Source: Patescibacteria group bacterium
Lineage (GTDB): Bacteria > Patescibacteriota > Minisyncoccia > Phycocordibacterales > PALSA-1337
Direction of reading: 5' to 3'
Length of the DNA: 27,306 nt
Assembly: GCA_028864955.1 (NCBI GenBank)
Contig: JAGWLE010000001.1
Coordinates: 1-27,306, forward strand
The translations under genes and the position numbers were made by a program. This document shows positions 1 to 8,800 of the stretch, piece after piece. The notes below the pieces were generated by a model. The model made no database searches. It saw only the letters and a program-made list of their open reading frames with translations, and had not been told where the DNA came from. Each line of letters starts with the position of its first letter. The first letter of the stretch is position 1.

Positions 1-518
1 AGGACGACGATCAGGATAAACGAGAGCAAGCCGCCAAAGAGCACGCTGGCTGTCTTAAAGACACCGGCCGACGTACCGACGATCATAGTCTGCAGGCCGT
101 TGACCAAATCCGTTACCGAAACAGTGTGCGAGGAAAGTGATGAGGACATGGATGGCCCGAGATTGAAACCGACGGAAGAGATCGGGCTCCAGACGTCCTC
201 GAGCGAGATCTGCTGCGGCAAGGAATTGAGAAAACCAACGGCGTCGTTGGCGATCAATGGCACGATGAAAATCATCAAACCGGCTAGAACGAGCGCCATC
301 AAAATATAGAGAACGATGACGCTGATGACTCGATGAATGCCGTGGCGCTTGAGTCGCCTGATAACCGGTTCGGCTGCCGAGGCGATGATGACCGAAGCCA
401 GGATCACCAGCACGATATCGAACATGTACCAGAGCGCCAGCAAGAGGACGACGATCACCAGGAAGCGCACGATCGTACCCGTACTGATCGAAATTGGACT
501 ATGAGGCATATCCGACAT
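1..518 (-). CDS. AI-2E family (PerM/UPF0118) transporter, 3' part outside window
   Basis: Not in the ORF track because it is open at the edge. Manual translation from ATG at 518: MSDMPHSPISISTGTIVRFLVIVVLLLALWYMFDIVLVILASVIIASAAEPVIRRLKRHGIHRVISVIVLYILMALVLAGLMIFIVPLIANDAVGFLNSLP... The hydrophobic helices and the 'ASAAEPVIRRL..GI.R' pattern are typical of AI-2E proteins. An extended -10 (TGATATACT) lies 6 nt upstream. Confidence 0.85.
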   Translation of the reverse strand, partial: MSDMPHSPISISTGTIVRFLVIVVLLLALWYMFDIVLVILASVIIASAAEPVIRRLKRHGIHRVISVIVLYILMALVLAGLMIFIVPLIANDAVGFLNSLPQQISLEDVWSPISSVGFNLGPSMSSSLSSHTVSVTDLVNGLQTMIVGTSAGVFKTASVLFGGLLSFILIVV

Positions 519-530
519 GCACAGAGTATA

Positions 531-1802
531 TCACTTAAAATGGAAATAATCCTTGAAAGGCTCTCCATCCTTGTATCTGCCGATCAGCGCCATGTTGAGA
601 CCATCTTCTCTGAATATCTCCGCTGCTAAATTTCTGACATCCGCCGACGTCACGGCGCTGATGCGTTGGAGGAGTTGCTCGGGCGATTCGACTGCGTGTT
701 TCTCTGTCTCTTGGTAGCCGCAAAATTCGGCGCGGGCATCCGACGTTTCAAGTTCGAGGAGAGTCGTGCCCGAGAGATAATCCTTGGCCTTTTGAAGCTC
801 GGCCTCTGACACCGGTTCTGTCATGAGCCGGCGACATTCGCCGAGAATTCCTCTGACGCCTTCTTCGACTCGGCTATTGTCGAGGCCGGCGGCGATCGAC
901 AGGAATCCGTGGTCGCCGAAAGGGTTGTGATCGGTCCGGATGTAATAGCAAATACCGAGTTCATCGCGCATTTTGGCGAACAGACGCGAGCTCATGCCTC
1001 GTCCCAGGATAGTCGACAGCACATGCATAGCCGGAATCCGCGGATCAAAGATCGAGAACGTCCGTACGCCGATCACCAAATGAGTCTGGTCCGTCTCTTT
1101 GAGTTCAACCTTGATCCGCGGCTCCGTCTGCGATTCCTTTACGGCCAACTTGCCGTCCTTGGCTTCCGTTCTAATGTCCTTGAATGCCTTAGCTACGACC
1201 TCAGTCACGTTTTTCTGATCAAAGGAGCCGCTGACGATGACCGTCGTTGCCGAGGCGACATAATGCGCCGCCCGGTACGAGATAAGATCCTGCCGGCTGA
1301 ATGATCTGACGTTGCTTTCCGTGCCGGCGATGTTCCAGCCGGCGGGCTGATCGCCGTAGAGCAGCTCAGTGAACATGTCGCCGACATGGCTTTGCGGCAG
1401 GTCGCGATACATGCGAATTTCCTCTACGATCACGCCTTTTTCCTTTTCGATCTCCTTCTCATCGAAGAGCGGGTGCTGATACATGTCGGAAATGACATCT
1501 AAAATCTTGCCGAAGTGCCGGGCATCGGCTTTGGCATAGTAGCCGGTATATTCCTGCGCGGTAAACGCGTTGTAGTGCGCACCGATAGAGTCGAGCTCGC
1601 GGGAAATATCGACCGCCTTTGGCCGACGGGAAGTGCCCTTGAAAACCATGTGCTCAAGGAAATGAGATAGGCCGTTCTGCCGCCTGCTTTCGTATTTTGA
1701 GCCAGCTTCAACCATGACCAATACCGTGACCGAAGGATTGTCCGGCATCGGCACGGCGATCAGACGAAGGCCGCTCGGCAGAATTGTTTTGGTAAATTTC
1801 AT
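531..1802 (-). CDS. M16 (pitrilysin/insulinase-like) zinc peptidase
   Basis: Inverted zinc motif HxxEH (GLSHFLEHMVFKGT), NAFT, EKGVIVEEI and SSRLF..MRDELGICY. SD-like TAAGGAG overlaps the glyQS stop. Confidence 0.95.
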   Translation of the reverse strand: MKFTKTILPSGLRLIAVPMPDNPSVTVLVMVEAGSKYESRRQNGLSHFLEHMVFKGTSRRPKAVDISRELDSIGAHYNAFTAQEYTGYYAKADARHFGKILDVISDMYQHPLFDEKEIEKEKGVIVEEIRMYRDLPQSHVGDMFTELLYGDQPAGWNIAGTESNVRSFSRQDLISYRAAHYVASATTVIVSGSFDQKNVTEVVAKAFKDIRTEAKDGKLAVKESQTEPRIKVELKETDQTHLVIGVRTFSIFDPRIPAMHVLSTILGRGMSSRLFAKMRDELGICYYIRTDHNPFGDHGFLSIAAGLDNSRVEEGVRGILGECRRLMTEPVSEAELQKAKDYLSGTTLLELETSDARAEFCGYQETEKHAVESPEQLLQRISAVTSADVRNLAAEIFREDGLNMALIGRYKDGEPFKDYFHFK

Positions 1803-1817
1803 GTGATAAACCGCTCC

Positions 1818-3167
1818 TTAGCTGACTGTCCGGACACCGGATAATTTCAAGAGGTGGTCGATAAGTTCCGTTTCCTTCACGCGCTCCTGCCGCCCGCTGT
1901 CTCGATCGCGCAGGGTCACGCCCGAACCTTTCTCGACAGTCTCGAAATCGACCGTGAGACAGAACGGTGTGCCTATTTCATCTTGCCGGCGATAGCGTTT
2001 GCCGATATTGCCGTTGTCATCGAAGATGATCGCCGGAATGGCCTTCCTGATGGACCTGAATATTTCTTCGGCTTTGGCTACGAGTTGCGGCTTATTGCGC
2101 AACAAAGGAAAGACGGCGACCTTGTAGGGCGCCACAGCCGGAACCAGCTTCAAATACGCTCTCTTTTCGCCCCCCAGGTCATCTTCTCGATAGGCGTCGC
2201 AGAGAATAGCCAGAATGGTCCTGTCCAGGCCAAATGACGGCTCGATCACGTGCGGAATGAATCTTTCTTTGGTCTCTTCATCGTAGTACGACAGATCAGC
2301 CTTGCTCGATGAAGCATGCTGTGTGAGATCAAAGTCGGTACGATACGCCAAACCATACAGCTCCTTGCGGCCGAACGGCCAATCGAACTCAAAATCGATG
2401 GTGCGTTTCGAGTAATGTGCGCGATCCCCGTCCGGCACTTCCAACTCGTGAACCTTTCCGGAATCTAGACCAACATCCTTGATAAATGCCTGAACTTCGG
2501 AAACGAAGTGCTCAAATATCTTCCGCCATTCGGCCGGTTTAACGAAATATTCTATCTCCATCTGCTCGAATTCGCGGGCGCGAAAGAGAAAGTCTCTCGG
2601 CGCAATTTCATTCCTGAATGCTTTGCCTATCTGCGCCAGTCCAAATGGAAGCTTTGGATGCTGCGAATCCAGAATATTCTTGAAATTGACGAACATGCCT
2701 TGGGCAGTCTCGGGACGGAGATACGAAACGGATGAATCATCCTGGACGGCACCGACATGTGTCTGAAACATCATATTGAACTGTTTGACGTCACCGAGCG
2801 AGCCGCCGCAATCAGGGCACTTTTGTTGATCCGTGAGCTGATCCGCACGGAAACGGTGATGGCACTTTTTGCACTCGACGAGCGGATCGGAAAAACCGCC
2901 GACATGGCCGCTCGCCTTCCAGACGTTCTGATTCATGAGTATAGCGGCATCAACGCCGAACATATCGTCACGATTTTCGACAAACCTCTTCCACCAGAGG
3001 CTTTTGACGTTATTCTTGAGCGCCACGCCGAGCGGCCCGTAATCCCACGTTCCGGCTAGACCTCCGTAGATCTCTGATCCTTGGAAAATAAAACCGCGAC
3101 GTTTGGCCAGAGAGATGATGGCATCCATGACGTCATTGCCCGCCTGTTCGCCTTGATCATGAGCCAT
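1818..3167 (-). CDS. glyQS: Glycine--tRNA ligase, homodimeric alpha2 (archaeal/eukaryote-like) type
   Basis: Motifs LAKRRGF, YGPLG, LRPETAQG, GKAFRNEI, FEQMEIEYF and VIEPSFGLDR; C-terminal anticodon domain IGKRYRRQDEIGTPF; CxxC...CxxC zinc ribbon. Confidence 0.97.
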   Translation of the reverse strand: MAHDQGEQAGNDVMDAIISLAKRRGFIFQGSEIYGGLAGTWDYGPLGVALKNNVKSLWWKRFVENRDDMFGVDAAILMNQNVWKASGHVGGFSDPLVECKKCHHRFRADQLTDQQKCPDCGGSLGDVKQFNMMFQTHVGAVQDDSSVSYLRPETAQGMFVNFKNILDSQHPKLPFGLAQIGKAFRNEIAPRDFLFRAREFEQMEIEYFVKPAEWRKIFEHFVSEVQAFIKDVGLDSGKVHELEVPDGDRAHYSKRTIDFEFDWPFGRKELYGLAYRTDFDLTQHASSSKADLSYYDEETKERFIPHVIEPSFGLDRTILAILCDAYREDDLGGEKRAYLKLVPAVAPYKVAVFPLLRNKPQLVAKAEEIFRSIRKAIPAIIFDDNGNIGKRYRRQDEIGTPFCLTVDFETVEKGSGVTLRDRDSGRQERVKETELIDHLLKLSGVRTVS

Positions 3168-3192
3168 AATGAACGATTGTATACAAAAGTCC

Positions 3193-5136
3193 TTATTTTG
3201 TCACTGTTTCCTGCCCTTGGGCATACTGCGGATCCGTACTGAATCGCGTGGTCAAAGGCGCTTGGGTGCTCTGGAGGGTCGTATTCGTAAAGGTGTCTGT
3301 GCCGCTGAGCGTCGCTTGATTGACTAGTGTCGGGATCGAACCTGCTTGAGTGACCGAGGGCGTATACGATATCTGGAAAGCGACCTCGCGCCGGCGCATT
3401 GAATCGAGCGTATACGTGCCGACATTGCCCACCTGCCAAGTAACTGTGCCGGTATTCGGGTCATAATTGACCTGTTCATTCGGCGGACTGACCTGTCCCA
3501 GCCACTTCACATATGTCGGCAAAGTTGCCGTCATGACGCCGTTAGTCACCGGATTGGCGGTATTGTCGACATCCCAGATAACCGTGTACGTTGTCGGCTG
3601 TTCGACTTTTGGCGGCACGAGACCGGTGTTTGCAAACGGACCGATGCTCCTGACGACGCGGCCGGATAGCACGAGGTTGCTGGCGATCTTGGTCGTACGG
3701 GTTACGGCGTCCGTCACGCTTTGCGGCACGTTGGCCTCCTGCGCGCGATTGCCGCTGACATTCACGTTGAAGACCAGCGTCGGATTGACCAGAGGCTGCG
3801 AAGCCGTGCCGAGATCCCTGGGCGTGATTGAAAATGTCAGGTGCCCGCTCGCGCCGGCGGCCGCGGTGCCAAGTTCCGGATTTGTTTGCGTGTTCCACGT
3901 AATGGTATTCGCGCCGGAATCAAAAAATCCCTGGTCCGGTTGGACAGTCGTCTTGTCGTAGGCCGTGCCGGAAAGATTGGCAGTGATGACCATATTGGAT
4001 ACGGCCACCGACAGATTATTGAACCAGTCAATCTCCACCTTCTCGCTGTTATCAAACGAACCGACATGGTCGCCGCTGCCGGTATCATTATCGATATTGA
4101 CGTTCAAGGAAACAAAAGGCTTCTGGATCGTCATATCCTGTTCGACATTCATGTATTCGGAACCGATAGTCGAAGGACTGCCGGGATTCTGCGTGCCGAC
4201 ACTGAAATGGAAGACGCGCAGGTCGGTATCTTCACCGGTCAAACGGCCATGTAGGACGATCTTGCGTTCTCCGCCAGGCGGAATATCGCCGATATTCCAG
4301 GTCGACGTGTCAGTGTATGTCGGCAAACTCGATGACAGCAGAGTGTAACCGAACGGATAGGTTCCTTTGACGAGGATATTGTGAAGCGTCTGGGCGGAAT
4401 TCGATTTGAGATCGACTGTCAGATCAAATTCCTGTCCGGACGTGATCTGATTATACGAAGATACTGTCACATTAAGCGGCGACGAGTTAATAAGCACGTC
4501 GTATGATTGCGTCTTTGTAAACACCGCCGATGACCCTTTGACGCTGTATGTCAACGTAACATTTATCTCCTTTTGCAGATTTTCCTCGCCGAATATGATG
4601 GCACTAACCGTCTGGTGGACACTGCCGCCGGCCGGGATCGTGCCGAGCACTTTGTCGATGTTTTGAAGGGGCGTGCCGGAATTGCTGGGATCGGCGCTAC
4701 CCTGCGGGAAAGCGATTGCCATGTCGGTCAGTTCAAGATCGACGTTATTTTTGTTCTGAACGGTGATATTGAACGTCTCCGGCACGCCGGCTGGAATAGA
4801 TACTGGCCCGCTGATCTGGATATCGATATTGTTAGCGGAGATAAGGTTGCCGCCGTTGAAGAATATGTACGCGCCAACGCCGACCGCCAAAATGCAGAAG
4901 ATGGCGGACATGATGAGAAATTTGGCGGCAAATGACATGGGGCGTCGGTCTTCGTACGCTTGGTTGAGCTCCTTGGGACGAACATCGTCCTCGGCCGGAT
5001 GCTCCCAGTCAGACTTGAGACTGGTCTCTTCGTTGCTATAACGAAGCTTCCGGCGTGATCGGATATCCGGAGCGTTTCGGGAATAGAGCGATGTATTGAG
5101 CTCCTCGATGCGGCTTTTGTCCTCTTCAGATGGCAC
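3193..5136 (-). CDS. Single-pass membrane protein with tandem extracellular Ig-like (DUF11/CARDB-like) beta-sandwich domains
   Basis: 647 aa: charged N-terminal tail, one TM helix (FLIMSAIFCILAVGVGAYIFF), then Thr/Ser/Asn-rich beta repeats such as TTYTVIWDVDNTAN. GTG start 7 nt after TGGTATACT. Confidence 0.75.
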   Translation of the reverse strand: MPSEEDKSRIEELNTSLYSRNAPDIRSRRKLRYSNEETSLKSDWEHPAEDDVRPKELNQAYEDRRPMSFAAKFLIMSAIFCILAVGVGAYIFFNGGNLISANNIDIQISGPVSIPAGVPETFNITVQNKNNVDLELTDMAIAFPQGSADPSNSGTPLQNIDKVLGTIPAGGSVHQTVSAIIFGEENLQKEINVTLTYSVKGSSAVFTKTQSYDVLINSSPLNVTVSSYNQITSGQEFDLTVDLKSNSAQTLHNILVKGTYPFGYTLLSSSLPTYTDTSTWNIGDIPPGGERKIVLHGRLTGEDTDLRVFHFSVGTQNPGSPSTIGSEYMNVEQDMTIQKPFVSLNVNIDNDTGSGDHVGSFDNSEKVEIDWFNNLSVAVSNMVITANLSGTAYDKTTVQPDQGFFDSGANTITWNTQTNPELGTAAAGASGHLTFSITPRDLGTASQPLVNPTLVFNVNVSGNRAQEANVPQSVTDAVTRTTKIASNLVLSGRVVRSIGPFANTGLVPPKVEQPTTYTVIWDVDNTANPVTNGVMTATLPTYVKWLGQVSPPNEQVNYDPNTGTVTWQVGNVGTYTLDSMRRREVAFQISYTPSVTQAGSIPTLVNQATLSGTDTFTNTTLQSTQAPLTTRFSTDPQYAQGQETVTK

Positions 5137-5160
5137 GAACTACAGTATACCACAAGCGTT

Positions 5161-5829
5161 TCATAGCTGTGATTCGCGCAAGGCCTTATTTATATGCACA
5201 TTCATACGCATTCTCTCTGGCGCCAACTCGGCCAAAAAACCCGGCGTAAGCGGCTCCGTCCGGAAGCGCGCCTCGATCAGCCTGTCATTGCCAATGTAAC
5301 CGAGAGCATCAAGGATGCGCAGAACGATGACGGATTCCAGCGCTTTGAATTGATCAGCCGTAAGCGCGCGTTCTCTCTGGAGAAAATCGCGCGCCGATTC
5401 GATGGCCATGAATAGCCGCGGCTGTGATTCCTCGCCGTGAAGCAGCCGCCGCAAGAGCACGGCGATTCGCCCGATCAATTCCTGTGCCATTCTACTTTCA
5501 ATTCTATATTCGCCATTCTGTATTCTTTCATTTTTGTCTTCTTCTATTACTTTATTCTCGACTCCTCTATTCTCGACTGTTCCTATACCCTCGCTCTTGC
5601 TATCCTCCGCATGTGTCAGCCGCCAAAATTCTTTTCCGCGTACAAAGGAAAACACGCCGAAGGCGTACTCCTGCGTATGATAACGCAGCTTTGATTTTTC
5701 GAGGCGTATGCCCTGCGCCGTGGCGAGCACCAGACCAAAATCGCGCGTGAATATCGAAAGCATCTTGCCCGCTTCGCCGTATGGATGCGAATCGATGACG
5801 AATCCGGGAGTTGTGTGGATATGATGCAT
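5161..5829 (-). CDS. recO: DNA repair protein RecO (OB-fold plus helical part, no Cys4 zinc finger) with a low-complexity insertion
   Basis: N-terminal T.GFVI...YGEAGK.LSIFTRDFGLVLA.AQGIR..KSKLR matches the RecO OB-fold. Lies near glyQS, a common linkage. Confidence 0.85.
   Translation of the reverse strand: MHHIHTTPGFVIDSHPYGEAGKMLSIFTRDFGLVLATAQGIRLEKSKLRYHTQEYAFGVFSFVRGKEFWRLTHAEDSKSEGIGTVENRGVENKVIEEDKNERIQNGEYRIESRMAQELIGRIAVLLRRLLHGEESQPRLFMAIESARDFLQRERALTADQFKALESVIVLRILDALGYIGNDRLIEARFRTEPLTPGFLAELAPERMRMNVHINKALRESQL
5490..5603 (-). repeat. Decayed AGAATAN-type heptamer insertion in recO
   Basis: ATTC recurs at 7-nt spacing (5501, 5508, 5515, 5522). Direct repeat TATTCTCGACT at 5553-5563 and 5568-5578. 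Encodes SKSEGIGTVENRGVENKVIEEDKNERIQNGEYRIES. Confidence 0.6.
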
Positions 5830-5883
5830 GGCGGCATTGTACGCCGATTCGCGGCAACAAAATAATCCTGCGAGATCCGTTGC

Positions 5884-8800
5884 TTAGGCTGCGAGCCCTA
5901 GCGTCGCCCCCTCTTCGATAGACGTCAGATTCGTCGCCTTTTTTATTTCTGCCTCAAATTTATTCACAAGTGACTTCAATTCGGCCGGAACGACAAGCAC
6001 GGCTATGTCACTAACCTTGAGGCCTTTCTCCTTGCGCAGATCCTGAATCTTGCGCAAAAGCTCGCGAAGATCACCTTCTTCCTTGAGAGCCGCTGAAATG
6101 TCCGTATCAAGCTTGTCTTCGGTTGCGCCAAATACGATCTCCTTGACATTAAGCTCATCTTTGATGATTTCGCCAAGACTGATCACGGCTGAAGTGGTTG
6201 AGAATGAAGCGAGCGGCTGGCGCACATTGATCTTGGCCGCATTGCGCGCTTCGAGTCCTTTGGAGGAAATCTGCCGCGCGATTTCCATTTCTTTGAGAAG
6301 TTTTTCGTCGACGGCACCGGCTGCCGGCCACTCTGTCAGGTGCACAGACTCCAGCTCTCCGCCGACTTCCTTGTAGGCGTATTCGGAAAAGAACGGCGTA
6401 AATGGCGCCATGACTTTGGCGAGAGTAAGGAGAATCCAACGTGTTGTATTCAGAGCCGACTGCTTGTCCGCTTCATCATCTCCCTTGAATCGGTCGCGCG
6501 AACGGCGCAGATACCACTGCGATAGGTCTGCCACAAAATCGCGAATGGCGCGCGTCGGCTCGAGGAAAACGTAGGCATCCATGCCTTTCGTGACGGCTTC
6601 GATCAGCTGATTCATTCGCGAAACGATCCAGCGATCAAGCACATTCTGCGATTCTGGTTGCACCGTGTCACTTGTGACTTTTGACTTCTGACTTTTGACT
6701 TTTGACTTCTGACTTGGCTCTTGTGACTTGTGACTTTCAACCTTCGGCCTATGTTCATAAATCTTGTAGAAACTTGTCACATTCAATGCGAGATTGAAGA
6801 CTTTCTTGACGACTTCATCAACGGTCTTCTCGTCAAAATTCTTTGATTCTCCCGGCTGATTGACACTGTACATCCAGAAGCGCAGCGCATCAGCACCATA
6901 CTTGTCCATCATCTCGAATGGATTGACGACGTTGCCCAACGACTTGGACATCTTTTTGCCATCGGCGTCGAGGATGTGGCCGAGGCAGATGACATTCTTG
7001 TACGCCTTGCCCATACCCATGAGCGTGCCGACCGCGTGCAAGGTGTAAAACCAGCCGCGTGTCTGGTCGATGGCTTCAGAGATAAAGTCCGCCGGATATG
7101 CCAGTTTCTGCTCATGACCGAAGATCTTGCTGAGCAATCCGTGTGACTCTTGATTTTCGACTTTCGACTCAAATGGATAGTGATCCTGCGCAAATGGCAT
7201 GGCGCCGCTGTCGAACCAGACATCCATGACTTCCTTGACCCGCTTCATGTCGCCGCCGCAGCTACAGGCGAGCTTCGTGTCATCGATATACGGCCGATGG
7301 AGATCGAGCTCATATTCCGGGTTATGCGGCACGATCCTGAAGTCGACCTTCTTGTAATGGCCTTTCTGAATATAGTTGTTGAGTTCATAGGCGATGGTTT
7401 GCTCCCTATCCCAGCCGTGCGCGGCTGCGATAAGCATCATCGTCGGACTGCCGTGTGAAACGATCAGGATCTTCTTGCCAGAATACTTTGATTCGATGTC
7501 ATAGAGGAAATCACCCATGCGCTTCTTCACCTCGGCGTATGTTTCAACGCCGACCGGCGATTTGCTAAATCGGTAGATGTCCATGGGAAATTCCTTCATG
7601 AATCCCTCGAGAGGCTTGCCGTTCCATTTGCCGAGAGCCATCTCCTGCAGACGATCGTCTGTTATAAATTGTTCATCAGCAAGCCCGAACATTTTCTGTA
7701 CGATACGAGCCGATTCCTGCGTGCGCATAAACGGCGAAGCGAAGATGAGATCTATGCCTTCACCTTTGAGCGGCGCCAGATGTTCGGCGATCTTTTGTTT
7801 GCCGACTTCAGTCAGATGATTCGAGACGTTTGCATCGGAATTGAGCAGGCCTTTCGCATTGAATTCGGCCTCACCGTGTCGCATGATCCAGTACTCATTC
7901 TTGGGCTTGCGCGCGATCTCTTCGACGGAACCGACAACACGGCGCACGCCGCACTTTTCGCACAACCACACAGGCAACGGCGTACCCCAATAGCGCTCTC
8001 GTGAAATGGCCCAATCCTTGACCTCGCGCAACCACTCGCCAAAGCGGCCTTCTTTGATATGTTCAGGCTCCCAGTGGATGCCTTCGTTTTCCCTGACCAG
8101 CTTGTCGCGAAGTTTGGACATGGCGATGTACCAGCTGTCGCGAGCGAAATAGATGAGCGGCGTATGACAGCGCCAACAGAACGGATACGTATGCTCATAT
8201 TTTTCCTTGTAGAACAGGAGTCCACGATACGCCAGATCTTTGATGATCTCCACCGCCACCGCCTCGTCATCCTTCACGAACTTCCCCGCCAAGAATCCAG
8301 CTTCTTTCTTGAATGTGCCGTCGTCGTTCACCAGGTGATACTTTGGCAAGCCGACGCGCGTGCCGAGCTCGAAGTCGTCCTGACCATACATCGGCGCCAT
8401 ATGCACGATGCCCGTGCCATCTTCTGTGGTCACGAAATCACCGGCATAGACTTTGAATGCATTCGTGAGTTTTTCTTTTTCTGCACCACTCACATTGTCT
8501 TTCAAGAATGGGTAGAGAGGCTCGTATTCGGTACCAATCAGGTCTTTGCCCTTGAATGTTTCAACAATTGATGGATTCTTGAAATGACCTCTAACAGATT
8601 CAAATCTGTCTTTAGCAAGAATATAGAATTGAGACATCGTCTCAGAAACATTAGGTGTCAATCCATTTAACTCCTCCTTTACAGGCTCACCAATAAACAA
8701 ATCTTTAATTTTGACATACTCAATCTTTTCATTGACGGCCAAACCGACATTTCCAGGCAATGTCCACGGCGTCGTCGTCCACGCAAGGAGATACGTGTCG

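Noticed and set aside
531-5163. UGA recoding (genetic code 25)
   Set aside because: The M16 peptidase (531-533) and recO (5161-5163) end at TGA at natural C-termini, and no conserved gene has an internal TGA.
7340-7900. Intein or homing element in ileS
   Set aside because: No Cys/Ser N-terminal or His-Asn C-terminal splice motifs and no LAGLIDADG/HNH signature; the insert has histidine-phosphatase motifs.
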